From assembly GCA_050575255.1 (NCBI GenBank), contig JBNZDD010013683.1:186001-250000 (forward strand): 64,000 nucleotides of DNA. The letters are read 5' to 3'. A program made the translations under genes and the position numbers. The notes under the pieces were generated by a model, which worked only from the letters and a program-made list of their open reading frames with translations, was not told the DNA's origin and ran no database searches. Each line of letters opens with the position of its first letter. Positions within the stretch are counted from its first letter, which is position 1. This DNA is from Harriotta raleighana. Its lineage: Eukaryota. Shown in pieces: positions 1 to 10,822 of the stretch.

Positions 1-58
1 TGAATGTGAACATAATGGCACTTTCATCCAAAGGTATCGCATCCCCCTGTAAATGTGC
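1..58 (-). CDS. Candidate alternative ABTB2 exon (truncated by window edge): (R)HIYRGMRYLWMKVPLCSHS...
   Basis: Acceptor ctctctcccacag|G at 59/58 is in frame with the phase-2 end of the 1623 exon. An in-frame ATG at 42 is open to the window edge, and a CpG-enriched region lies upstream. Confidence 0.35.
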
Positions 59-249
59 CTGTGGGAGAGAGTTCAACACACGTATTCAAGGGGACAAGTG
101 AAAGCCGTGTTTCAGTCTGTGGTGCATTAGCTGGTTTCCTGAGTAGACAGCTGAGAGTGTTCTCCACAATGTTCAGGATTCATCATCGCTGCTTGGCAAA
201 GCAGCCGTGAGCTGATGGATTTCAGGGTTTAATTTGATTTAAAGGAAAA

Positions 250-760
250 GATCCGAACAGACAAGCGACCCACTTTGATTCCCGTGGAAACACGCAGTCG
301 TATCCTCGATGGATGTTTCAAGCGGTACGACCCGTCTCTCTCTCTCTCTCTCTCTGGGGGTGGGAACGTGGCAGAATTGCCACAAACAATTCTGGGTTTT
401 CCGATCCTTACCCGGAACCCTGTGCCCGGATCAGGAATCCTGCGGGACTGAATGGAAATAGGTGCCTCTTCTCACTAATCGAATCTCGTCCAATTCAAAT
501 TGATCCCATTCCACCTAAACCTACAGTCCCAAAAAATTGTTTCTGCAAAATGCGAGGTCGAGTTGGGAGGGAGGGTAAGGAACCTCAAATGATGACAGCG
601 ACTGGTTTATTTCTCAAACTTTTAACTACGCCTTCAGGCCTCCAAGGGTTTGCAGGTTCCTGGTGCAGCCTCCGTCTCTTTTACTTCATAATATCACCAG
701 GAAATCGATGTAGCCAAATGTGCTGCTTATTACCATCCGCTGTTTGTGTTTGCTCCGTCG
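250..760 (-). promoter_or_regulatory. CpG-enriched putative internal promoter/enhancer
   Basis: Visibly higher CpG density than the flanks, a CCGGAA (ETS-type) motif near 412, and a (CT)n tract at ~334-354; no repeat homology recognised. Confidence 0.35.
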
Positions 761-1622
761 CTAAAACAAAAGATTGTTTTCTATATTTAGTGCAGAATTC
801 TCGTAACACCAAGTGGGTTTTCCCAGGAAGAGATGAGGCTTGGCAAATGACACTGTTATTTAGGCATTTTAAAAATATATTCAAAGGAAGAACTTGCTTA
901 CTTTTCATATAGCACCTTATCAGGTTGCAAACTCTCATCACATTGCTCGCTTCACCGGCAAATTAACGGACAAGTACAGCAGCCATTTATGTATCGCAAT
1001 TCCAGAGCAAATCAGAACATTATGACAGGCAAAACTTTCCTGTTACTCAATCTTCCGTGTAAAGCAAACACAGTGAAGGGGGATTTAATGTTGCCTGAGG
1101 GAATGTCCTTTGGATGAACTTATTGCAGCTTTTCCAGAAGATATGATACAAGTACTGTATATAAAATGTTGAGAGGACTTGAGAATGCAAGTCCTTTCTT
1201 TCTTCAACCATCGAACTCAAATAGAAGCCTATAAAATTAACAACTTCAAACGCACATGAGATTAAAGGTATTTCTCCCCCCACAGCAGAACTGTGGCTAT
1301 ATGGCCTAATACTCTAACGGATGCAGTTGACTGTGGTTAAAGAATATCAATGACAACTTTTGAACAAGTTTAAAACTTTTTTTTTTGTGTGATGAAAACG
1401 CAAAGTGCAAACACCGTTAAAATTGTGGCACTACATCAGGCAACAAAATTATTTTTAATATTCCCATTATTCTTGCCTCTGAAGTTTGAAGGTCAGAAGT
1501 TTGTGGGTTCAAGCTCTATTGTCAGGTCTTTGAATCACATAGTCTAAGTTGATACCACCAGTTGCAACAACATACCTCAAACAACCATGGTATGAGATTG
1601 GGAGAAGAGGAGCGAACGGTAC

Positions 1623-1830
1623 CTTTCGTTGTTGAGAGATACCCGCGGAGGGTCCAGGTTAGGATTCTCCATCGATTCCATCTGCGGGCAGCGGAGAAAG
1701 TAGTAGAGGGTGTGCAGGGCATCTGGGGACCATGTGACTGGCTGCTGCCTGCCATGGCGGCAGGGACTCATTCCTGGTGGCAATGTATTCGAACACTGCA
1801 GGTGGTGCATCGCCCGTGACACCAGATCAC
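1623..1830 (-). CDS. ABTB2: ABTB2 internal coding exon (equivalent to exon 3), 208 bp, phase 1/2
   Basis: Acceptor tttgttgcctgcgcag|GT GAT CTG; donor AAC GAA AG|gtaccg. Translates (S)DLVSRAMHHLQCSNTLPPGMSPCRHGRQQPVTWSPDALHTLYYFLRCPQMESMENPNLDPPRVSLNNE(R). WSPDALHTLYYFLRCPQMESMENPNLDPPR is the ABTB2 version; the paralog BTBD11/ABTB3 has [24 protein letters not shown] (recalled). Confidence 0.95.
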
Positions 1831-1904
1831 CTGCGCAGGCAACAAAACCAAACCACTGCAGGACAATTCACATCCATTTGATTTGCAGCAAATATGGAAT
1901 TTAT

Positions 1905-2205
1905 TTTGCCCGCAGAACTCAAAACTTTACAGTCTATTCTGTGCGGCACTTTGAGGCGTCTCAAGTACGTGATAAGGCCGCTATATCAAATGCAAGGATT
2001 ATTGGGACGTCCTTCTGACGTCAAAAGCGCTCTCTCAATGTAATTTTGTTGTATTATTATTATTTGTGGTCAGATTCGGTAGTAATAATAATAATAATCT
2101 TCGAATTTGATATAGTATCTTATTAGATCTCGTTCAGACGTCTCAAATCACATCACAGAATATACTGTAAAGTGAATTGAGTATATTAGGTGGCTAAAAC
2201 GCAGA
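1905..2205. mobile_element. SINE tail (+), L2 tail (+) and SINE tail (-) cluster just upstream of the 1830 acceptor
   Basis: GCTATATCAAATGCAAGGATTATT, then GGGACGTCCTTCTGACGTCAAAAGCGC...(TTG), then (AAT)n...GACGTCTCAAA..CACAGAATATACTGTAAAGTGAATTGA. Confidence 0.8.
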
Positions 2206-2780
2206 CATTTTAGGAAAAGGTAGACTTCTTGCAGTATTTTTGACACCAAAATACTTGCATGTAAATTTTTCAACCATGGTGTAATTTTGACTGAATGTTA
2301 TTTGGATGAGAATTGTTCAATTATTCTATTTTGCAGATTTGTAGGATGTAATAGAAGACCGAGCTTTACATTTCCATAAATAATAGAAATATGATCCACA
2401 TTACAAATACCCAGCTTCTTCCACCTACCTCAAATAAATGGATTGAATCTAAATGCCTGTTGGGTTTGACATATTAGGTAATATGTTTTTTCAATGTTAT
2501 TTTCATCTCCGGTTTCTTTTTCTCTCTCTCTCACCCACACCTACAGAGGCACGGACGCCCTCTCAATGCAAGCAACAAATATCACCATATAATCTGCATC
2601 CATCCGATTGTGAGGCCTTCAGCTCGTGACGAGAAGAAAAACAAAGCTACTCTAAATTTGCTAAAAGCCTCTCTTCGAGTCATGGAAGTCAGACCGAATT
2701 TCCAATTCATGTCGAAACCCCACAGGCAGCGTACAGTGAAGGCAGAGTGTGAATTAGAATGGGAAACAATGGTTTGCATT

Positions 2781-3092
2781 CCTATAGCTCATTGGTTAGA
2801 AAACTTGCCTCGCAAGCCAGAGACCTGGGTTCAATTCCAGTCAAGGCGAAACCGTGGGCAAGTTTCCTTACTCCACACGCCTGATAATAATTCCTTGGAA
2901 TTTTTTTTAAAAACAAATTGGTCATTTCAATTCACGACTGTTTCTGGAACACTGCTGTGCGCAACTGGCTGCCACATCTTGCCCACAAAAATACAATCAA
3001 TTCACTTTATGTCATATTCTGTAAAGCAACGTTACACATAGACACATAGAAGAAGTGAAAAGCGCTACATCAAATGCAAGGATTATTATTAT
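2781..3092 (+). mobile_element. tRNA-derived SINE, near full length (dominant family of the window)
   Basis: A-box TAGCTCATTGG, B-box GGTTCAATTCC, GGGCAAGTTTCCTTACTCCAC, body CTGCTGTGCGCAACTGGCTGCC, tail GTGAAAAGCGCTAC.TCAAATGCAAGG(ATT)n. Confidence 0.9.
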
Positions 3093-3865
3093 AATAGATA
3101 CAGATGGGTTAAGGGAATTACATGTGGTTCAGATAGTGTTAACTGGCAGAGTGATCTTACAGCTTCTGTGCAATCTGAATCCAAACGCTGGGAACAATGT
3201 GATTTTACTTGCTGCCTGAATCTAAGTGCATTGAACAGACTTTGTGTTGGAAATGAGATCCAAAAGACTTGTGGCTTCTGAGTTTCAGCTCCTTCCAGCT
3301 GGAGGAGGCCAGAGCTATTTAACAGACAAATGGCCCAGAGTTTTGTATTGTTCTTTTCTGGCAACTGAAAGTGGTACAATTAAAGACAAATGAAGTGAGG
3401 TGCTTTCCGGCAGTAATGCAGGCGGCAGTCACAGCCTTGGTGCTAATGAGCATGTTCATCTGTTCATCAATTTCAATGCAAAGCAACCAAATCACAGGAT
3501 CATTCACACGAGTGCATTAAAAACATCAGTTCAGTCAATTACTGTGGATGAATTAAACTCAAATTGCAAATTCTGAGCAGTTTGATGGCATTCCCCATTG
3601 AAGTCGGAGTAATTTATTTGAGCTGACTGAAAGCTTGGTGATGGCTTTAAACAGCTCTGAGCAGACTAATAGAAAGATGTTTGTGTATCATTGTGATGCA
3701 TGGGAATGAATCCTGCACTAAAGGTCGATCAGCACTGAATGATCACACAGTCATTTTCTTGTGACGTGTTTCTATCAGGATTTCTAAGCATGTAATGAAA
3801 GTATTACTCCTGATAATAATGCAATATCCAATATACACTGAACCAGCTCATTCGTGTTATTTTGA

Positions 3866-4158
3866 TAATAATAATCATCCTTGCATTTGATATAGTGCCT
3901 TATCACATTTTTGAGACTTCTCAAAGCATATCTTAGAATATACTGTAAAGTGATTGTGTATTTTGTGGATGAAGCAAGGCAGCCAATTATGCACAGTAGT
4001 GTCCCATAGACAGTTATGGGCAGTCAATTATTTTTAAAGAAGGGATTATTACTCCCGGAAAATGATCCGTTAATCGACTAACAACTTCTTACTGGGAAAA
4101 CAGAGGCTTGCGGAGTAAAGAGACATGCCTAAATTTTCTCCCAGGAATCGAACCAGAC
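3866..4158 (-). mobile_element. SINE, long variant, head partly truncated
   Basis: Reverse of the same tail, body and B-box, plus the extra internal segment shared with 55072-55417. Confidence 0.8.
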
Positions 4159-4274
4159 ACTAATATTGAAGATTTTTCCTTATACTGGTTTCCAAATTAA
4201 TATTGGGTGCTCTGAGATTCTGCCCTACATGGAGGTTGCTATATAAGTGCAAGTTTTTGTTTTAATATGCACAA

Positions 4275-5093
4275 TAAAAGATAAAAACATTAGAGCAGAT
4301 TATTTTTTAGAAGGGGAGAGACTAAATAGTGATAGCGTTCAGAGGGATTTGGGTATCCTTGTTGACCAGTCACAAAAAGTTAGTCTGCAGGTACAGCAAG
4401 CAACTAGGAAGGCTAATGATATGATGGCGTTTATTATCAAAGGGTTAGAATATAAGAGTAGGGAAGTCTTGCTGCAGCTACATAGGGCCCTGGTGAGACC
4501 GCACCTGGAATATTGTGTGCAGTTTTGGTCTCCTTATTTAAGAAAGGATGTACTCGCCTTGGAGGGGGTTCAGCGTAGATTCACTAGGTTGGTATCTAGG
4601 ATGAAGGGGATGAGTTATGAAGATAGGTTGAGCAATCTAGGCCTATATTCTCTAGAATATAGAAGAATTAGAGGTGACTTTATAGAAACCTATAAGATTA
4701 TTAAAGAGTAAAACAGATTAGATAGTGGGAGACTGTTTCCCCTGGTTGGAGAAACTGTAACCAGGGGTCACAGTCTTAAAATTAGCGGTCAGCCCTTTCG
4801 CACTGAGTTGAGAAAAAACTTCTTCACTCAGAGGGTAATGAATTTATGGAATTCTCTATCCCAAAGGGCTGTAGATGCTCAGTCATTGAACATATTCAAG
4901 ACTGAGATTGATAGATTTCTTGTTGATAAACGGATTAAGGGATATGGGGATAAGGCGGGTAGGTGGAGTTGGAATAGATCAGCCATGATCTTATTGAATG
5001 GCAGGGCACTCGAGGGGCCGAATGGCCTACTCCTGCTCCTAATCTATACCAAATGCAAGGATTATTATTTATTATAATTCTTATGTTCTTATC
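4275..5093 (+). mobile_element. CR1-clade LINE, 5'-truncated (ORF2 C-terminus + 3' UTR)
   Basis: Translates ...QRDLGILVD...LVRPHLEYCVQFWSPYLRKDVLALEGVQRRFTRL...RGHSLK...NFFTQRVMNLWNSL..., the canonical CR1 ORF2 C-terminus, with an in-frame stop at ~4709. The 3' end GGCCGAATGGCCTACTCCTGCTCCTAAT...TCTTATGTTCTTAT is typical of CR1 tails. Confidence 0.95.
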
Positions 5094-5164
5094 TTCTAAT
5101 AAACACATTGATTCATAGTCAATGCCTATGCTCTAGGTTTTGTACACTTTCATATTGAATTATA

Positions 5165-5330
5165 TAGACTGATCTGCAGTGAAACAGGCCATTCAACCCT
5201 ATTATACCATGCTTGTGTTTATATTCCACATGAGTCCCTACCCATCTTAATTCTCTCCCCCTATCCTTTTTCACACACTTTTCTATATTCCTTTCTTCCT
5301 CTTGAAAGGGTTCCCCTCTCCCCCTGTATG
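5165..5330 (-). mobile_element. Old CR1-type 3' UTR relic
   Basis: CAGTGAAACAGGCCATTCAACCC...CCATGC.TGTGTTTAT..TCCACATGAG is typical of reverse-oriented CR1 tails. Confidence 0.45.
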
Positions 5331-6251
5331 AATTCATTAACATTAATTGACAAATGTAAAATATCTCAGTGACAGCTTTCTTCTGTTGTAAAGGCTCCTG
5401 CTCTAGCCTTGGGGCTATCCTGTAGGCAGTGGCAATGCGATAGCATAATGTTCGTGCTCTGCCAGCTTTCCTGCAAGGTTGAATTCTGTGGTTTATTTTA
5501 ACTTTGCAGTCCAGTATTGGAGACAGTTCAGATAGAAAACTAGCTGTCGTGTGCCTAGACTTCATATCAACGCAGGAAATCTCTGAACTGTCATTGTGTT
5601 TTTTGTTTGGTGGGTGGGGGGGGAGGGAGGGGGATGTTAGAGTTCACACTTCTAATTATTTCCCGAGAGTTCTGCCTTTGGGGGCAAACAGAAAGAGAAT
5701 GTGCAAACATTACAGTAACTGCAACCACTCTCAGTAAAGCTCCTTCATTAATGAGCATGTGGTTGTATGTGGTTGTGTATGTGTATGTGAGAGAGAGAAA
5801 GTGTGTGAATGCATTGGCGGAGTATCAAGAGAATGTATTTTGAAAGGGACAGCTTTATTGAGGGAGGAGGCAAGTCTGTGGCTGGGAAGAACTTTCATTA
5901 CCAAATATTTTCCCTTTTTAATTTAAAGCCATAGTGAATGAGGCAGCTCTAATCAGTTCAGTCAGCGCTGTTTTTAGTAGCACAGAAAGATTTAATCTCC
6001 GACATGGTTTAGCACTGTGTCACTCTCTGCTGCTGTTTGTAACAAGACCTGTGTAGGTCAGGCCGATGAATCTCGTCTTCTTTAAAAGAGACGCCTTAAA
6101 CCCTAAACTTGCACAGTGAATTCCATTCACGGGACTGGGCAGTCTTATCCCTTATGTCTAGTACAGTACATCAAAACAAAAAAGTGTTATAAGCTTTCTA
6201 GCCAAGAATACCACAGCCAACTGATTCTGAAAAACAGGTACTTTGATTAAT

Positions 6252-6370
6252 ATAATAATATAATAATCCTTGCATTTGATGTAGGGCTTTTGACGTCTTC
6301 TAGACATCTCAAAGTGCTTCACAAAATATACTGTAAAGTGCATTGACGGTATATTTGTGAGCGAAACACA
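6252..6370 (-). mobile_element. SINE 3' fragment
   Basis: (AAT)n CCTTGCATTTGATGTAGGGCTTTTGACGTCTTCTAGACATCTCAAAG... Confidence 0.85.
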
Positions 6371-7308
6371 AATACAAGTATCTGAATGGAATCTGAATGT
6401 CAGTCAAACATTTGGAAGGCATATATTATTTGCGTTTTGTATCGGTGGGGGCGTGTATGTATCTTTTTAATAAACAGCTTCATGAATAAAAACATCCAAG
6501 TCTGACAAAATAAGCTATTTTATTTGCGGCCGAGTGTCACAGACACTCCAGTGTTCTGCTGGAGGAAGAGTCAGAGTGGAAATAAAATAACCCCAAAGTT
6601 AATGAGGAGACTCCAGCCAAATTGATATGCCACTCACTCTAAGACTTTGTTGATCAATTAGAGCTGTGGATTGGTGAAGGGTAACGTGAGATGCCTTCAA
6701 TTGTTTTTGAACCATTAGACTGGATTTTTGCCACATTCAAAGCTTAGAAGAACATAAGTGGATTAAGCAGGAATAGGTGTGATGAGAAGGAGAAGATCCC
6801 ACTGTTCTTGGCCACCACAAGCTGCAAGAGCGATTAACTTACAATTAATAAGGTTAACTTAACTCAGTTTACAAGTTGAAGGCACGTTTCATCACACTTA
6901 TACTTATTCAACCAATGATTATCTTGCCCAGTGAGGCTTTTGCTTGGAAGATTGAGGATATGGCTCCATGGCCTCACTGATGAGCCAGACATCTATAATG
7001 CCTTAGATAACTGCAGGAATGCCTGATCCCAAAACTACTTCATTTCCATTACCAATCCCACCACCCCCCCACAACATTTTCTGTTTCCCCACGACAAGCA
7101 ACGGGAATATTTTTTTAAACATGCTTTTCGTGTTAATGATCTTAAAAGAATGATGTACAAGGTGGGAGACCTGCACAGATTTAAACCCAGAACCTTCTAG
7201 TCCCAAATTCAGATCATTGACTGAGTTATTCCAGGTCGCTTGTTGTAACAAACATTTTGAGAGCTGCCAGAGGAAAGTAGAGAAGACGATCGTAAATGGT
7301 TAACTCAC

Positions 7309-7455
7309 TCAATTCAGAAATGCTGCCCACACAGGTTGCTAATAAAGACTGTTCCAGGGTCCGAAGCTCTAGTTGAGCATAAGCGTCTGCACGGCCGTCC
7401 TTGGTTGACAATCCGTCATTGTATAAACTGAAGTGAGCTGGCAGGGAAAGCACAC
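7309..7455 (-). CDS. ABTB2: ABTB2 internal coding exon (equivalent to exon 2), 147 bp, phase 1/1
   Basis: Minus strand: pyrimidine tract cctcttcctcttcctcag|GT GTG CTT TCC... ending ...GAA TTG A|gtgagt. Translates (G)[48 protein letters not shown](S), which matches the recalled ABTB2 motif [29 protein letters not shown] and splices in frame to the 1830 exon. Confidence 0.95.
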
Positions 7456-7581
7456 CTGAGGAAGAGGAAGAGGTATCAATGACTGTTCAGTGTCTAGCGC
7501 ATGAATGCATTCCAATTCATAATTTTCTGTGACTTTCAAATCACCCTTTTCTAACCTTTCAAGAATGACTAGACATGTTAC

Positions 7582-7633
7582 CGGCTGTGAAAGGCACTCT
7601 TGGCGTTGCTGCTTCCTCAGGATGACAGGACAT
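7582..7633 (-). CDS. Candidate alternative first coding exon of ABTB2 (MSCHPEEAATPRVPFTA-G)
   Basis: ggaATG at 7633, 17 codons + 1 nt, donor CCG|gtaaca (phase 1, matching the 7455 acceptor), 126-nt intron, TATA-like TTAATATAT about 100 nt upstream. Confidence 0.4.
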
Positions 7634-7837
7634 TCCAAATATTTTGTCTGCTGTGTTGGTTGACTACACTGATCTTCTTGTGGACTGTGTGACTTGCTTG
7701 CAACAGGAGCTTCCCGCTCACAGTCAGACCCATATATTAAGCCTTAAAGCACCAACGGTTGCATTTATCATTCGGTGTAAAAAGGCATCGCGTGATTGCT
7801 TCTTACTCTTTGCAAAGCTGAGGGAAGTTGAAGTTTT

Positions 7838-8040
7838 CATTTAATGTTAAAGTGAAATGTCCTTCAAGTATTCCTATGGACAATCCTGAAATATTATAAA
7901 ATGTCATCGTTGTCTTGGAGTTCATTTGTGTCAGTTTNACATTTAATGTTAAAGTGAAATGTCCGTTCAAGTATTCCTATGGACAATCCAGAAATATTAT
8001 AAAATGTCATCGTTGTCTTGGAGTTCATTTGTGTCAGTTT
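7838..8040. other. ~100-bp duplication flanking a single N (probable contig-overlap artefact)
   Basis: 7838-7937 and 7940-8040 are identical except for one indel and one substitution; N at 7938. Confidence 0.85.
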
Positions 8041-8659
8041 GTATTAATGGTTGTGTCTCTTTCACTTATCTCACCGAGAACCCCATGCTCCCTTGTTCAT
8101 TCATAATACTTCTTTCACAAATGATCTGAATTGACAATGATACAACAGCAAAGGTTTTGACATAATGTGGGTTCTCATGGCTGGAAGAGACAAAATGACA
8201 GGGCACATTGCTGAAATGGATGGGAAATGGGATGAGTCATAAGAAGGCAGTGGTACATTGCGCTGAATCACATGGAATAGGACAATTAGTCGGGTGCCTC
8301 AGGGCTGACACTATTTACATCGTACATAAACAATGTGTAAGTGGGGCAGGAAAGAGGGTGACTAAATGTAGAGGCATCTATCTATGTGGATAGGGAGAAG
8401 TTCCCAAAGTTCAACAAAATCCCCAAAATATATTTAACAAATTCAACAAACTAGAGGCAAATACACAAGCTCAGGAGCGGAAAGCTTAGCAAAGTGTTTG
8501 AATTTCATTGCGTTACATAGAAGGTGGTAAATAGGTGGAGTGGACATTCGGATATCCATTTTTTTAAAAAAGAAAGCAAGTCCAGTTCTTTTAGCTTGAA
8601 CTTCTGAGTTCCTGGAATTGTTCTTGTAATTCTTCCTGTGAATCCGTTCCAATAATTCC

Positions 8660-9130
8660 TAGTCTATTTCAAGACCATGGTGACCAAAGCAGCCCACATT
8701 ATTCCAAATGTGGCTTGACAAGATCTCAATGCGGGATTCAAATAACTTTGTTTGATTCATAGTCCAATACCCTCAAGGTGAAACCTACTGTTTGAATACT
8801 TTTGTTGACTGCAGTTCCATATCAACGATTACTATGAACCATGAACCTGTACAACACTAATTTAATAAGAAACAGCCAACCTTCATTTAAGGTTCCTGCT
8901 TGAACCCTCATTTATTCAGGGAAGCTGCGTGTATTGTATAATGATGTAGTTCCCTTGGATTTTTCAACAGCTTTGAATAATTTCTATCTGATTGAAACTA
9001 AAACCCCACAGGAATCCAGGGTAGAGCACAAGACGTTGATTAAATAGGAAGTGTAGACTACTTATGTTGGGAATAATGTGGAAATGGTCTGCCCAGTACT
9101 GAATTACTTGTACCTCTGTTTCTAATCTTA
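8660..9130. mobile_element. Degraded CR1 ORF2 fragments (8660-8800 minus; ~8940-9130 plus)
   Basis: Minus reads ...LVKPHLE*CGLLWSPW (cf. LVRPHLEYCVQFWSP); plus GATGTAGTTCCCTTGGATTTTTCAACAGCTTTGAATAA resembles DVVYLDFxKAFDK. Confidence 0.45.
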
Positions 9131-9299
9131 CAATAATGATCTCAAAATTAATTCTAAATACGAGCTTGTTGAAAATGCCAATGGCACTTCAATACAGAGA
9201 GTGGTGGAGGCAAAGGAGTTGTAGAAAGATTTAGAACTCCAATGCAACTGGACAAACCATGATATTTCACCCACAAATATACAGTCAATTCTCCTACCC

Positions 9300-9425
9300 T
9301 CTTTCCCCCTACCCCAACCCCTCCCTGCTCTGGTCTCTACCTGACTGTTCAGCGCCTTGGGTCGTCCTCCCGACATGAAAGGCGCTATATAAATGTAAGT
9401 TTTGATTGATTGGTTTGATTGATTG
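9300..9425 (+). mobile_element. L2 3' tail fragment
   Basis: CTGTTCAGCGCCTTGGGTCGTCCTCCCGACATGAAAGGCGCTATATAAATGTAAG followed by (TTGA)n; same tail as 44180-44331. Confidence 0.8.
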
Positions 9426-10501
9426 AATAGAAGCTTGGAAGAGAGTACAGAGGAAAATGATGATCAAGTGTATGATTTGGGCTGAATGGAGACAAGAGAA
9501 TTTGAGGTCTGAATTGGGTAAAATTGGGAATGTTTCTCATTCTGTCGTAGGAAGGGGGAAAAATGGATGCTGATGTGTGACGAACGCTAGCAAACCTCAC
9601 CCAGTAGACAATATGCAATATCCTGGTTTTAGAGCTAAAAACACCATATACGATTCCCCTTGGGCAGTTAAGAGACAATTGCATTGAGATCTTTGAGTTC
9701 AATCCCTTACATCAACATGACAATCCTGGGGATAATGAGATAAACTGAGACAGGCGGGCCATTTCCTGCGGTAAACTTAATGGACCAATAATGTCTAGAA
9801 TCGTAATGGAGCAATTAACCTACTAAATGATGGAATTATCAAGGATTATACAGTACCTAGCTTGATTTATTGCTGAGGGTTTTATATTAAAACATTAATT
9901 TTTTCAATTAAACCAATAATACCAGGGCACACGGTACAATGTATTTAATTGTTGGATTTAATTTTTCAAAGCTTCTCTTCACGTGGTTTATCTAAACCGA
10001 TTCCTACTACGGTATATCCCACTAGTTAAAAACTTGGGCAAATAGCTCAAATCCTATGATTTCTGACTCATCTTCTGGTCACAAGGCACAGCTTTATTGC
10101 AGTGAATATCAGCTGGTTTCATGTGAAGTATTCTCTCAAATTTCCAAGTCGAAGGTTAAGGCTAATATTAAATCAGCAGAACTCTTACGTAATGCAGTTT
10201 TCTTCTAACCTAGTTGTTTGCAGTTCAGATGGTGGTCAGAATGACTAGTCTCCAGAAGTTCACAGGGGGTAAAATGCACATTTGTTAGAATGTCCAATGG
10301 TTAACCTCTTTCGAATGACTTTAAATTGTATTTCATGGTAAAGTTATTTGATTTTCAATCCCTAAAGGCTCCAGTAAATCTACTACATTTCTTTTTTTTA
10401 AAGTCAAAAACATGTTTTTTTTAAAATCCAAATTTCTTTAACAGTATTTTCCCCTAAATTTCAGAAACTTTACAAGCCCAGGTAAGCACTGCATTCAACA
10501 C

Positions 10502-10822
10502 TGGAGTTCTGTAGCTCAAAGGTTAGAGCACTTGCCTTACAAGCGTGAAACCTTTGTTCAAATCCAGGCAGGTCAAGGCGAAACCTTGGGCAAGTTTCCT
10601 TACTCCACATGCCTAACAATAATCTTCCAAAAGAAAACACCTAAATAAAATTGGTCATTTCAATCCACCACTTTTTGTGGGACACTGTTTTGCGCAATTG
10701 GCTGCTGCGATTCACCCACAAATATACAGTCAATTCACTTTACAGTAATTCTGTGAAGTGCTTTGAGACATATGGAAGACATGAAAAATGCTGTATCAAT
10801 TGCAAGGATTATTATTATTATT
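10502..10822 (+). mobile_element. tRNA-derived SINE, full length
   Basis: TGGAGTTCTGTAGCTCAAAGGTTAGAGCACTTGCC...GTTCAAATCC...TGCAAGG(ATT)n. Confidence 0.92.

Larger units (their letters stand above)
1831..7308 (-). other. ABTB2: ABTB2 intron (GT-AG) between the two coding exons
   Basis: gtgagt donor at 7308 and cag acceptor at 1833-1831; the joined codon A|GT = Ser keeps the frame. Confidence 0.9.

Noticed and set aside
313-912. 199-aa ORF on the plus strand
   Set aside because: Crosses a (CT)n microsatellite, has no recognisable domain and lies antisense in an intron; most likely a chance ORF.
4247-4711. 154-aa ORF as a host gene
   Set aside because: It is a truncated CR1 ORF2 with an in-frame stop, not a cellular gene.
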